The notes: a model not told the origin generated them from the letters alone. A stretch of DNA of 64,000 bases from Promethearchaeota archaeon (GCA_048938855.1 JBHLLT010000001.1:384124-448123), one strand, 5' to 3'; counted from the stretch's first letter, positions 29,869 to 39,918 are shown. Translations and numbers: made by a program.

Positions 29869-31036
29869 ACTGTACAGGATTAGAAATAAATTTTTGCTCT
29901 TCTTGCATTTTTGAATAATATCCCTCTACACATATTTTTAATTTGTCTTGATTTGCTAAACACAAATCATAAGATTTCAAAGATTTGCAGGAATATGGGA
30001 TATATCCTTTTTTAATAGCATATTTTACTTGATAAGTCGTTTTTTCCCTGTCAAAATCGGGTAATGTTGAAAATACATCGATTATTTCTTCTTCACTATA
30101 ATTAAGTGCATTTAGGAACCATAAAATATACAATCGTTCAGTATGAATCAAATTGCGTCCTTCTTTCGCTTTAGAAAGAATTTCTTGCACACAAGGCGGA
30201 AATAATTTTCGGCTTCCCTTTTCTTTTTCAAACTCAATATCTAATCTAGTTTTAAATTCATCTTTCTTTTTTTCCCATAGAGTAGTGATCTCATCAAATA
30301 TTTCTTTAAAACTAGAAATTTTCAATAACTTCTCCTTTAGGATTTTGATATTAGCAAGATTTCTATCTTTTTCTGATAAGATTTTCGTTCTTACATGTTC
30401 TTGTATTAATCTATTAAGGTTTTCTGGTCTCAAATATACGTAACCACCCAATAGAGCATTATTAATTAATTTACGATATTCATCTTTCAGCTTTGATGCA
30501 AGTTTAATGTAATCTATATATGAAATTTTGAAATTAGTTGAATGAATTTCTTGTAAATCTTTTACTGTCTTCTTTTTATATATTGTAGGTTGTGCTTCAT
30601 AAAGAATTTTATAATCCAAATCTTTATAAATGAAGTCTAAGATGAAATCATTTTCTTTATTCAATTGATTGTAAGTTGCTTTTGAATAGAGGTTAGCAAC
30701 TCGATTTGAAATTGATTTATTATCTAAAACATAAAGTAAAATTCGTAGAATTATATAGAGATCAATATTAAGATCGTCTTCAATACCTTCTGGTATAGTT
30801 TCAATATTATCGAAAGCAGCGAGGAAGATATTCAAGGTTTTAGCTCTCAGAATATCAATTTCATCAGATGAAAAAATTTCTTTGATGAAATCTGCAGCAT
30901 CTCCAAATGAATCATCAGCTTCAATTTCTTGGTTTAAAGTCCCTTCTTCGTTAACATTTGATTTTGCTCTATTGTAGTATTTATCTTTAGATGGGAGCCA
31001 AGGGTATCGTTTTATTATATCGAAAATATTACTCAT
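29792..31036 (-). CDS. priL: DNA primase large subunit
   Basis: YPWL, FPPC, H.ER, PDFD...T.YQV, YSC..L...LC Fe-S cysteines. Confidence 0.9.
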   Translation of the reverse strand: MSNIFDIIKRYPWLPSKDKYYNRAKSNVNEEGTLNQEIEADDSFGDAADFIKEIFSSDEIDILRAKTLNIFLAAFDNIETIPEGIEDDLNIDLYIILRILLYVLDNKSISNRVANLYSKATYNQLNKENDFILDFIYKDLDYKILYEAQPTIYKKKTVKDLQEIHSTNFKISYIDYIKLASKLKDEYRKLINNALLGGYVYLRPENLNRLIQEHVRTKILSEKDRNLANIKILKEKLLKISSFKEIFDEITTLWEKKKDEFKTRLDIEFEKEKGSRKLFPPCVQEILSKAKEGRNLIHTERLYILWFLNALNYSEEEIIDVFSTLPDFDREKTTYQVKYAIKKGYIPYSCKSLKSYDLCLANQDKLKICVEGYYSKMQEEQKFISNPVQYVRVRQYRESKEEKNTKKQFQEENE

Positions 31037-31185
31037 TATCTAAAATTTCTCTGCTTTGTTTATAAAATGATTTGGTGTTTTAAACCATTAATAGATTAAG
31101 AGTAGATTAATTTACTGATAATTTTAATAAATCTATTAACAAACTAATAAATCATAAAGGGGGAAAGTTCCGACTATAATCATTT

Positions 31186-32160
31186 TCATGTTGAATGATG
31201 TTTTATCTTGAGTGCGTCATATCCTAATTTGTTGAATTGACACTCTTTTATACAAACCGAGCAGCCATGATTCTCTACAAAATAAGGAAAGCATTTTTCG
31301 GTTTCTATATGGCTTATTAATCCATTGTTTTGTTCAATTGAAACGGTTTTTATTGCTGATGTAGGACATTTACTGATACATACTCCGCATTTTTTACACC
31401 AATCTTCAATCCAGCTATGAGGGTTATCAATTGAGTAGGGTAAATTCTCAATAGATGTAAATACCGTAGCTATCCGCATCCTAGGGCCATATTTAGGGGT
31501 AATTATCATTCCATGACGTCCCTGCCATCCTAAGCCAGCGATTTTTGCGATTGGAGGAGTGAGTACTGCACCACCTAAAGGATGTATTGGATGCGCTCCG
31601 AATCCATTTTTTCTTAGATAATTTGCGATCTTATTCGTAGCTATTCCAAGATCCCTATATGTACGATGAACCTCATGAAAAGTGTCGTAACTTGGTGCCT
31701 TATCTATTTTCTCCTTATTCATTTCCATTATTAAAACGATACAATTTTTGTATAAGATGTCTTTATTTTGAAAAATATATTTTGGAGGTAGCTCACAATA
31801 CCCAATCATCCCAATTCCCAATGACATAATGAATTCCTGTAATTTTTGAAGTTCATGATTTGATATTGTGGTTTTTGGATTTGAAGGATTTTTATCAATC
31901 TCCTTAAATCCTTTTAAAATTCCTCTTATACTTCCAATTAAAACAGGCAGAATCTTGAATCTGAAGAATTTAGTAGGTTTTCCCTCTTCAATACGTTTAA
32001 TTGCTTCCAGAGGAATCTCAAATCGTACAGGTGATTCTGGAGTAAATGAAATACAATTATATAACTCCTTGATTTTTCCTTCTTTTTCTAATATTTTCAA
32101 ATACCGAGGTTTACCGAATTTTATCAGAGTAGCTTCTTTGATACGTTGTCGTATTCCCAT
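31186..32160 (-). CDS. Reductive dehalogenase / QueG-like cobalamin and 2x[4Fe-4S] protein
   Basis: AGLGWQGRHGMIITPKYGPRMRI, CKKCGVCISKCP, C...CSVCIKEC. No Tat signal seen. Confidence 0.8.
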   Translation of the reverse strand: MGIRQRIKEATLIKFGKPRYLKILEKEGKIKELYNCISFTPESPVRFEIPLEAIKRIEEGKPTKFFRFKILPVLIGSIRGILKGFKEIDKNPSNPKTTISNHELQKLQEFIMSLGIGMIGYCELPPKYIFQNKDILYKNCIVLIMEMNKEKIDKAPSYDTFHEVHRTYRDLGIATNKIANYLRKNGFGAHPIHPLGGAVLTPPIAKIAGLGWQGRHGMIITPKYGPRMRIATVFTSIENLPYSIDNPHSWIEDWCKKCGVCISKCPTSAIKTVSIEQNNGLISHIETEKCFPYFVENHGCSVCIKECQFNKLGYDALKIKHHST

Positions 32161-32292
32161 ATATATTATAAAGCTCCGTTATCTAAAAAATATTATTAAA
32201 GACCGTAAATCTCTCCTTAATTTCTGATAATGATAATTCTATTTCCAAATAGATGCAGACATATTAATGATGTAAAATTAAAATAATATACC

Positions 32293-32880
32293 ATGACAAA
32301 GATGAATCCTAAGGTTGATGAATATTTAAGTAAAGTTGAAAAGTGGCATGAAGAAATGGAGAAATTGAGAATGATCATTCTAGACTGTGGGCTTGCCGAA
32401 GAATTGAAGTGGGGCAAACCTTGTTACACGTTTCAGAAAAGCAACATAGTTATAATACAAGGATTTAAAGGATACTGTGCGATTATGTTTTTCAAAGGTG
32501 TCTTGTTAAAAGATATCAATGGCATTCTAATCAAACCTGGAGAGAATACACAGGCAGGGCGCCAGGTTCGGTTCACTAATGTTCGGGAAATAGTTGAAAT
32601 GGAACCCATCTTGAAAGCCTATATTTATGAAGCTGTTGAAGTGGAAAAAGCGGGTTTGAAAGTGAATTTTAAAAAGACTACAGAATTCATAATTCCTGAA
32701 GAATTTCAAAACAAATTAGATGAAATCCCTGGCTTGAAAACTGCTTTTGATGCATTGACGCCGGGACGGCAAAGAGCATACATTTTTTATTTTTCCCAAC
32801 CCAAACAATCCAAAACTCGGGAGTCAAGGGTTGAAAAATATATACCACAAATTCTCAATGGAAAGGGATTAAATGATTAG
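32293..32880 (+). CDS. YdeI/OmpD-associated DUF1801 family protein
   Basis: LKWGKPCY, FFKG.LL.D, LTPGRQRAY, KQSKTR..R...I..GKGLND. Confidence 0.9.
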   Translation: MTKMNPKVDEYLSKVEKWHEEMEKLRMIILDCGLAEELKWGKPCYTFQKSNIVIIQGFKGYCAIMFFKGVLLKDINGILIKPGENTQAGRQVRFTNVREIVEMEPILKAYIYEAVEVEKAGLKVNFKKTTEFIIPEEFQNKLDEIPGLKTAFDALTPGRQRAYIFYFSQPKQSKTRESRVEKYIPQILNGKGLND

Positions 32881-33053
32881 TATATTCGATGAGAAAATAA
32901 ATTAATCAAACTTTAAGATAATACTTTGAAATCTATAATAGCTTATATACAAGATTCTAATTTTCTTTAAAAAATACAAAATTGGGTGATTTTTTTAAAG
33001 AAAGAATTAATAACTAGTAGGAGATTTAATTATTTCTTCGTAGTTTCACTTAT

Positions 33054-33857
33054 TTAAAACTCATCCATATCATCATCATCTTCAAATTCTGCTTCTTCTA
33101 CTCGAGGTGCTAAAAAGTAGCTTAATTCTCCACCTTCCAGAAGGTTGAAGATCATTTTTAAGGGGTGATCAGTTTTCAATGAAATTTCTAACTTTTCCGT
33201 GATAGAAGCTATTTTAAGAATTGCTTTCAAAAAGGTCAATGAATATGCTCCACTACTCGTACCACTGATATCAGTCTCAATTAAATCATCTTCATTCAGA
33301 TCATATTCCATTTCACCAATCTGTCCTGTAGAACTGAATACTAAGCCTTGTCCTTCTGTTGCAATCATATTTAAGATTTCAGAATAGATTTCAGCGTCTT
33401 TAATGGCTTCAACTAAAAATTCAGGGTCAAGTACCCATTTTGCAGGGTATTCAATCTTTAAAAGGTTATCCATTGGAATTTCTTCTATCTCAATATCTAG
33501 TAATGCTAAGCTGAATGTTCTTGTGCGTGATACACCCTCACGTTGCATCTTTATTTTTATTTTCTGATCTGCTTCATTAAATTCAATTTCAACTGAATCG
33601 TTTGCTGCACTTCGTTTTAAGATCTTGTCTAAGTCATCTAAGTTCAATCCAACTTTTGTTTCTTTATCACACTGATAATCATCAAAATTCTCTTTATTAA
33701 TTGAGAGTTTTAGCAAACAAATTCTACTTGGATCCATAGCAGAGATGGTAAAGTTTTTAGGAGTGACTCGAAACTCTGTTTCGTCTATAATACTCGCGAG
33801 AGTTTCAACTATCCCTTTCAATATCCGACTATTTTCCAATTTTAATGTAAAAGTCAT
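33054..33857 (-). CDS. pcn: DNA polymerase sliding clamp PCNA
   Basis: AMDPSRICL, YFLAPRVE, acidic tail. Confidence 0.95.
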   Translation of the reverse strand: MTFTLKLENSRILKGIVETLASIIDETEFRVTPKNFTISAMDPSRICLLKLSINKENFDDYQCDKETKVGLNLDDLDKILKRSAANDSVEIEFNEADQKIKIKMQREGVSRTRTFSLALLDIEIEEIPMDNLLKIEYPAKWVLDPEFLVEAIKDAEIYSEILNMIATEGQGLVFSSTGQIGEMEYDLNEDDLIETDISGTSSGAYSLTFLKAILKIASITEKLEISLKTDHPLKMIFNLLEGGELSYFLAPRVEEAEFEDDDDMDEF

Positions 33858-34037
33858 AATCTTTCAGTATCTTTATTGAATGGTAATTAAGATAAATATG
33901 TTTTATTCACATTATTAATAATGTTTGATATTAGTCTTTTAATAATACCAATTTTAGGTATTAAATTAATTATTTATACTTATCCTAAATTTTCAAACAT
34001 GTATTATTTAATTAAATGATTCATATTTAAAAAAAAA

Positions 34038-34364
34038 ATGTCTTTTCAATACGCTAAGCAAAGAATAATTAAAGATATTTCTCTTGACGATGAACGAATT
34101 CAAGTAACTGGATACATTAAGAGTAAATCGAGTGAAAAGCAAATAGTTTTAGATGACAAAACTGGTGAAATTAATGTCAATCTTATGAATATTGATGATT
34201 TCAAATTCAAGGAAAATGATTTAATTAATATAATAGGAGATATCGAGTTCCAATCTTCTGGGGAAAAAGTACTTAATGCGGATATAGTCCAAGATATGAA
34301 TAAATTGAATTTTGAATATTATCAAAAGATATATAAAATTAAAAAGGAACTGAATTTAGATTAG
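34038..34364 (+). CDS. Single OB-fold protein, RPA3/RPA14-like
   Basis: R.I.DI..DERIQVTG...LDDKTG...IIG...ADIVQD plus a C-terminal helix, matching the pattern of archaeal RPA small subunits. Confidence 0.7.
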   Translation: MSFQYAKQRIIKDISLDDERIQVTGYIKSKSSEKQIVLDDKTGEINVNLMNIDDFKFKENDLINIIGDIEFQSSGEKVLNADIVQDMNKLNFEYYQKIYKIKKELNLD

Positions 34365-34390
34365 ATGATATTTACCTTGTTCTATAAGTA

Positions 34391-34756
34391 CTAATCTAAA
34401 AATCTTTGAATTTCAATAGTATAACCATTAGGATCTTCAAAGAAAAAATGGTATATGTTAAATTTTTGATTAATCTTAGGTTTTTCTGGAATACTAGCTC
34501 CTTTTTTGATTAATCTGATATAGAAGTCATCAACATCTTCAGTTACAAGAGTCAAAATTGGACTTTTTTTATTATGGATAATTTGCATATGTTCACAAAA
34601 ACCAATTTTACTTTTACTATTTATGTTAAAAATTAGACAAACACCTTGATCTTTATATAAAGATAACCCAAGTAAATTTTTGTAAAAATTAGATGTGACA
34701 GTGAGATCATCAGTACCCAAAAATGTAATAAATTCTTTAAATTCCATATATATCAC
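34391..34756 (-). CDS. VOC/glyoxalase family protein
   Basis: FY..LLGL, FFFEDPNGYTIEI. Confidence 0.88.
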   Translation of the reverse strand: MIYMEFKEFITFLGTDDLTVTSNFYKNLLGLSLYKDQGVCLIFNINSKSKIGFCEHMQIIHNKKSPILTLVTEDVDDFYIRLIKKGASIPEKPKINQKFNIYHFFFEDPNGYTIEIQRFLD

Positions 34757-34910
34757 TTAATTTTAATAGAATTTTTACTATACTTAAAATTTTTAAAAAT
34801 TTATACAATTATTTAAAAAATTAATATACTATAATTCAAGATCATAAAATTTTTTAATTTTTTATGTTTTAATTATATAAATTTTACTTAAGTTTAGTGA
34901 TATTGGTAAT

Positions 34911-35249
34911 ATGGTTGAATTTTGTCCTGAATGTTCAAATCTCTTACGTAAAAAGATAATGAACGGTAAGTCATTTTTAGCATGTAAATGTGGTTATGAA
35001 AAACAACTAAACTCTGATAAAAAAAAAATTGAAAAATCTATCCAAAAGAAAAAAAAAGATTTGGAACAAAATTTAGTTATCATATCTGAAGAAAACAAAA
35101 TTACACCGAATCCGATCACTAGAAAAGAATGTCCTAAATGTAATAATATGGAAGCTGAAACGTGGCAAGTGCAAATTAGGAGTTCTGATGAACCCAGTAC
35201 CCATTTTTTCAAATGTACAAGTTGTAAATACACCTGGCGTGAGCAATAA
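34911..35249 (+). CDS. tfs: Transcription factor S (TFS/RpoM)
   Basis: N-terminal FCPEC..C Zn ribbon; C-terminal CPKC...QIRSSDEP.T.FFKC..C...W. Confidence 0.93.
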   Translation: MVEFCPECSNLLRKKIMNGKSFLACKCGYEKQLNSDKKKIEKSIQKKKKDLEQNLVIISEENKITPNPITRKECPKCNNMEAETWQVQIRSSDEPSTHFFKCTSCKYTWREQ

Positions 35250-35296
35250 TAATAATTGACTCTATATTTCATATTACTGAGATATCGCAAAATCTA

Positions 35297-35316
35297 CGTG
35301 AAAGAACAGTTTCACG
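35297..35316. promoter_or_regulatory. Inverted repeat (operator or terminator hairpin)
   Basis: CGTGAAA-gaacag-TTTCACG between tfs and the next gene, followed by a T-rich tract. Confidence 0.3.
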
Positions 35317-35358
35317 AATTATTTTTTAGTAAATGAGACTTAATAATTTAATAAATCA

Positions 35359-35859
35359 TTGAATGATAAATTCAATTTGGAAATTAGAACATATGAGAGG
35401 GAAAAAATGAAGAAATCAAAATTAGAAATTGGATCATTTCTGATACTTTTTATGGGAATGTATACTGCAGTATTGGCATTACTTTGGATATTTGTTACTG
35501 AGATAATGTTTGTAAGTGATTTTGCATATTATACAGGTTTTACATACCAACAATATTTAGCTATTGATCTTGAAGTTGCGCAGATTTACATTATAACAAA
35601 AAAGCTGGTGGGGTGTATCCTTTTAGCTAATGCTATTATGATTGTATTGATAAATCGAAAAAGTTATCGTAAAGCTGAAAAATGGTCTTGGTATGCAATT
35701 CTTATAGGTGGTGGGATATCTTGGTGCACTTTTATCATCTATAAAATTTACATAGGGTATATTGGAGCTAGTATGATAACATTTGTTGTGGGGATTACAC
35801 TTCTCGTGGTTGGTTTAGTTCTTCCTGTGAAAGAAATATTAACTAAAAAAACCGCATAA
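35359..35859 (+). CDS. Four-TM membrane protein of unknown function
   Basis: Hydrophobic segments, YRKAEKWSWY. The likely start is the ATG at 35407, after GAGAGG. Confidence 0.75.
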   Translation: MNDKFNLEIRTYEREKMKKSKLEIGSFLILFMGMYTAVLALLWIFVTEIMFVSDFAYYTGFTYQQYLAIDLEVAQIYIITKKLVGCILLANAIMIVLINRKSYRKAEKWSWYAILIGGGISWCTFIIYKIYIGYIGASMITFVVGITLLVVGLVLPVKEILTKKTA

Positions 35860-35997
35860 ATAACATATAAATTTTTGAGTAAGAAAAAAGTATCAAAGAA
35901 CGCTTAATTTAAAATTGCAAATTATTTTCTTTTTATTGTTTCAAATATCTTATGAGTTAAATTAAACTATAATGAGAATTTAATGAAAATTTTAAGT

Positions 35998-36204
35998 TTA
36001 AGAAAGAACTTCTAATATTTTAGTGAGAATACGAGCTTTGCCCCCTGTGGATTGAAGTAAAGTTTTTCCACAGACTAAACATTCTACATCAGTAGCAGAA
36101 CACCCAAAAATTATTTGTTGGTTTCCACAATTTAAACATTTTACACGTAAAAATCTACTTTTTGGTTGAGGGATAAGGTCCTTTTCTTTTTTTTTATGCA
36201 CCAT
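35998..36204 (-). CDS. rps27e: 30S ribosomal protein S27e
   Basis: [14 protein letters not shown]....C..CG..L...TGGKA. Confidence 0.96.
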   Translation of the reverse strand: MVHKKKEKDLIPQPKSRFLRVKCLNCGNQQIIFGCSATDVECLVCGKTLLQSTGGKARILTKILEVLS

Positions 36205-36259
36205 AATTTTTCAGTTCTTTCATACTTTTTGTAATTCGAGTTGTTTGATTATACCTCAC

Positions 36260-36550
36260 TTATGTTTCAGAGATTTCTAAACGTTTGACTCTATATGATT
36301 TAGCATATTGCTTTTTTCCACATTCAGAGCATTCCAATAAAGGAGTAGATCTCTTATTAATTTTAGCATTCTTGTGAAATATTTCTTTCGGAAATGAGCC
36401 ATATCCTCTCTTTTTTCGTTCAACTCTTCTGCGTCCATGATTTAACATACGTTCTTTACCTTTCTTATACAGAGCCACTGTATGCATTTGATGTGACCGG
36501 CATGTTGGGCAGTATCTTCGTACTGTGCGAGGGTATTTCAAATTTATCAA
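36260..36550 (-). CDS. rpl44e: 50S ribosomal protein L44e
   Basis: YCPTC..H..H.V..YKKGK, GYG, CSECGK. The likely start is the TTG at 36541. Confidence 0.95.
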   Translation of the reverse strand: MINLKYPRTVRRYCPTCRSHQMHTVALYKKGKERMLNHGRRRVERKKRGYGSFPKEIFHKNAKINKRSTPLLECSECGKKQYAKSYRVKRLEISET

Positions 36551-36702
36551 ACCAATTTTATATGATAACCTAAAATAATTATTTATAAATTTTAAATTTT
36601 ATTAGTTCTGGTTAGTTCTTTTTGAAGAGCATCTTTATAATAAAAAATAATTTAAATCTTATTTACATAATGTTAATAAAAACATATTAATTGAGATTAT
36701 AA

Positions 36703-37620
36703 ATGTTCAAAGAGAAATTTAGCGAAGGAGTCATTAGTGCTAAGCAATTTGATAGAGAAGATATTGAATATATTTTAAAGAAAGGCAAAGAAATGATTAA
36801 TATAAAGAATTCCAATCTTCTTCAAGGAAAAATTTTAGCTACACTATTTTTTGAACCCTCTACTCGAACTCGTCTTAGCTTTGAATCTGCGATGTATAGA
36901 TTAGGTGGAAGTGTAATTGGATTTCATTCTGGAGATGTGTCTTCAATAAAAAAAGGCGAAAGTATCGCTGATACAATAAGAACTGTAGAAAATTATAGTG
37001 ATTGTATTGTTATGAGGCATTCGCTTGAAGGGGCAGCACGAATGGCATCTAAATTTTCTAAAGTTCCTATAATTAATGCAGGTTCTGGAAGTGGAGAACA
37101 TCCAACTCAAGCCTTATTAGATCTTTTAACGATTACAGAGGAAGTTGGTTCATTAGATGGTTTAAATATCGGTTTGATGGGAGATTTAAAATATGGAAGG
37201 ACAGTTCATTCCCTTTCAATTCTTTTATCGAATTTTGATATAAATGTTTATTTTATTAGTCCTATTGAATTGAGAATGAGAAATCGAGATAAAGATTTTC
37301 TACAACAGCAACAAGTCAAATATAAAGAAATCACTGACTACCGAAAAATTCTAAATATTCTAGATGTACTTTATATGACTCGGATTCAAAAAGAAAGGTT
37401 TGCTGATTTAGAGGATTATGAAAAAATAAAAGAGTACTATATTTTCAATGAAGATGACCTTAATGATACAAAAGATAATTTCAGATTGTTGCATCCCCTT
37501 CCAAGAATCACAGAAATTTCTCCATATGTTGATAGTTCCGAAAAAGCAATTTACTTCAAACAGACTTATTATGGAATCCCTATGAGAAAGGCTCTCTTAG
37601 CAGAATTGATGACAGATTGA
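36703..37620 (+). CDS. pyrB: Aspartate carbamoyltransferase catalytic subunit
   Basis: FFEPSTRT, HPTQALLD, GDLKYGRTVHSL, HPLPR. Confidence 0.97.
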   Translation: MFKEKFSEGVISAKQFDREDIEYILKKGKEMINIKNSNLLQGKILATLFFEPSTRTRLSFESAMYRLGGSVIGFHSGDVSSIKKGESIADTIRTVENYSDCIVMRHSLEGAARMASKFSKVPIINAGSGSGEHPTQALLDLLTITEEVGSLDGLNIGLMGDLKYGRTVHSLSILLSNFDINVYFISPIELRMRNRDKDFLQQQQVKYKEITDYRKILNILDVLYMTRIQKERFADLEDYEKIKEYYIFNEDDLNDTKDNFRLLHPLPRITEISPYVDSSEKAIYFKQTYYGIPMRKALLAELMTD

Positions 37621-37656
37621 TTTTTAAAATGTTCTTTTTCTTTTCAATTCAATCAA

Positions 37657-39609
37657 TTATTGAATAGAATCTTTTAGTAAAACAGCACTAATTTTGGATT
37701 CAATAACACTTTTTAGAGAATTTAGTAAAGTTTTTTCGTTTCTTTTTGTTTCTAGAGTAAACAAAGATCCTCTGTCGAAAATCTTTTGAAATTTTTTGAA
37801 TAACGCAATTTTTTTATTAAAAGAAAGATTGGACGTATCTCTTATTAAACTTGAAGAATAGCTTCTCATTTTCGTGTTATATTGTTTATCCCCATCATAC
37901 AGTTGATTGTTTAAATAAGAATCATAATGAGGCTGGCTTAGAACAAAATTTTTATCATGAGTGTTATTTTTTTCCATTATTATCATCTTCATTAGATTAA
38001 GTATTCTTAGGGCAAAAGATTCGCTATTTTCTGTTTTATCAAGTTCAATTCCACAATGATTACAAATAGCTTCATTAAGACCAAAAAAACTAATAGATTT
38101 TAAAGCATTTTTTAATATTTCGTTTTTATCACTTTTCAAAAGATTTGAAACAATGAAATTCCATTGTTTTAGTGAATTTAGTTTCTTCTGTACTAATTTT
38201 TCTTTATAATTGAACAATTCAAAAACAAGATTAATTTTTTCTTGTAAGAGTTCTAAAAATTTTTCATCATTTTGCTTAGCTTCTTCGGATATGCTGTGTA
38301 AGTTAATTAGAATTTTATCTAAGATTACCTGATCTATTTGCGGATTTGCTATTTGAATTATGGATGAATTAAAGAAATCTGAATTGGACTTATTATATAA
38401 AATAACATTATTTTTCAGATTATTAGTAATTAGATTTAGAATATTTTGATTTCGAGAATATTCGAATATGAAAAAAGGTGTGACACCGTTTTTACATCTT
38501 GAATTTATTGACTTAAGAAATGCTTCATCAATAAATCTTTGATCTGCAGGACACTCATCGTAACTAAACTCAAGAGTTACAGAAGATTTTATCTTATCAT
38601 TATTATTATTAAAACTAATAATTTGTGATGTTAAGATTGGGAAATCAGAAGATATTGCTTTTGTCAATGAAAATCTAGAAAGGAATTGGTTATTAAAATT
38701 CCCTAGTACTAAATCCTCAGAGCAAAATTGTCTCAAATTATACAGCAGATCTGAGAGAAAAATAATTAATTCTGAATGGCCTAGCTTCTCCTTTAATTTA
38801 TTTTTTAAATCGTTATGTTCATTAAGTAGATAATCCATTATTGTTTTAGAATCGATGTATATACTTAAAGGTCTTAAAGCCCAATAATTTAAATGCAAAA
38901 GAGCAATTTCTCCAGATAAATATAAATCAGCTAAATTTTTAGGAATAAGATTAAGAAGTAAAAACTGCTCTGAAACATCAGAACCTAATTTTTCAATAAA
39001 TGTAACAGGATTTATATCTATAGATTTAGATTCAAATAATTTAAATACTTCAAAAGGGGGCGTTCCCAGTCGAGTTAATTTATGCCTTACTTCTTCTAAA
39101 CCATTTTCTAGTAAAATTGCATTAATATATTCCCGCATTAATGGAGCAGTTAGATATTCTATATTTGTCTTAGAAAGACGTTCTTCTACTTCACGAGCAA
39201 TTTGTCGAGCCAAATATTGCTCCAATTCTCCCTCTGTTACTAAATATTCCTCAATTTTTCTAGTATCAAAAAGTTCCTTAGAATATTTTGAAGTTCTGAT
39301 CATTTTAGTTTGATATTGCTGATCTATAATCTCTTCAATAGATAAGATCTTATCGATAATTTGCGCTCCTAAAATTGTAATTGTATAACCTTCTTCAGAA
39401 GAATCTATCAATTCACTTTTTTTTAGCGTGTTTAAATGAAATGACAAATTTACTGAAGAAAGATCGTTTCCTAAAACCTCTTTTTGTATCACTGAAAATG
39501 GCAAAGGTGTTTGCATGTTTTTCAGCCTTTTTAGAATATCGATTCTAACCTTCTGACCTAAAGTTTTTAGTTGTTTTTCTAAGAGATTAGGATTTTTGTC
39601 GGTATCCAC
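37657..39609 (-). CDS. ArsR-type wHTH + ATP-cone + degenerate class III ribonucleotide reductase (NrdD)-like protein
   Basis: wHTH (RIDILKRL...LSFHLNTL...Y.IT..G), ATP cone (IRTS...FD..KI...IAREVE...LTAPLMREYINAILLE), NrdD-like TRLG.P, ADLYLSGEI and GLNEA. No glycyl-radical motif. Confidence 0.75.
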   Translation of the reverse strand: MDTDKNPNLLEKQLKTLGQKVRIDILKRLKNMQTPLPFSVIQKEVLGNDLSSVNLSFHLNTLKKSELIDSSEEGYTITILGAQIIDKILSIEEIIDQQYQTKMIRTSKYSKELFDTRKIEEYLVTEGELEQYLARQIAREVEERLSKTNIEYLTAPLMREYINAILLENGLEEVRHKLTRLGTPPFEVFKLFESKSIDINPVTFIEKLGSDVSEQFLLLNLIPKNLADLYLSGEIALLHLNYWALRPLSIYIDSKTIMDYLLNEHNDLKNKLKEKLGHSELIIFLSDLLYNLRQFCSEDLVLGNFNNQFLSRFSLTKAISSDFPILTSQIISFNNNNDKIKSSVTLEFSYDECPADQRFIDEAFLKSINSRCKNGVTPFFIFEYSRNQNILNLITNNLKNNVILYNKSNSDFFNSSIIQIANPQIDQVILDKILINLHSISEEAKQNDEKFLELLQEKINLVFELFNYKEKLVQKKLNSLKQWNFIVSNLLKSDKNEILKNALKSISFFGLNEAICNHCGIELDKTENSESFALRILNLMKMIIMEKNNTHDKNFVLSQPHYDSYLNNQLYDGDKQYNTKMRSYSSSLIRDTSNLSFNKKIALFKKFQKIFDRGSLFTLETKRNEKTLLNSLKSVIESKISAVLLKDSIQ

Positions 39610-39918
39610 TTTAATTATTAACCCTGTTCTAATTTGTTAATTTTGTATAACATAATATTATATCTTTTATATATATAAAAATTTAGAAATATTCTTCATG
39701 TTCTGTGGATAAGGATAATACGTGGGTGATATTAAACCACAATTTAAAAGAATTGATTTATATCTCAATCATTTTCATATTTTTGGCATTCAAATTTCTA
39801 AATTTTAATTCAATTTTTTAACTATAAAAACTGGACTACAAATAGCTTTAATAATTATATACCAATTTTTTAGATATTAACTAATTTTAAAGTATAGGTT
39901 GATAACAGAATCTTAAAA

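Noticed and set aside
31148-31188. SECIS-like AUGAU-N9-AA...UGAU just downstream of the RdhA-like gene (minus strand)
   Set aside because: Three of nine upper-stem pairs mismatch, the lower helix is weak, and the gene has no internal UGA. At most a decayed element.
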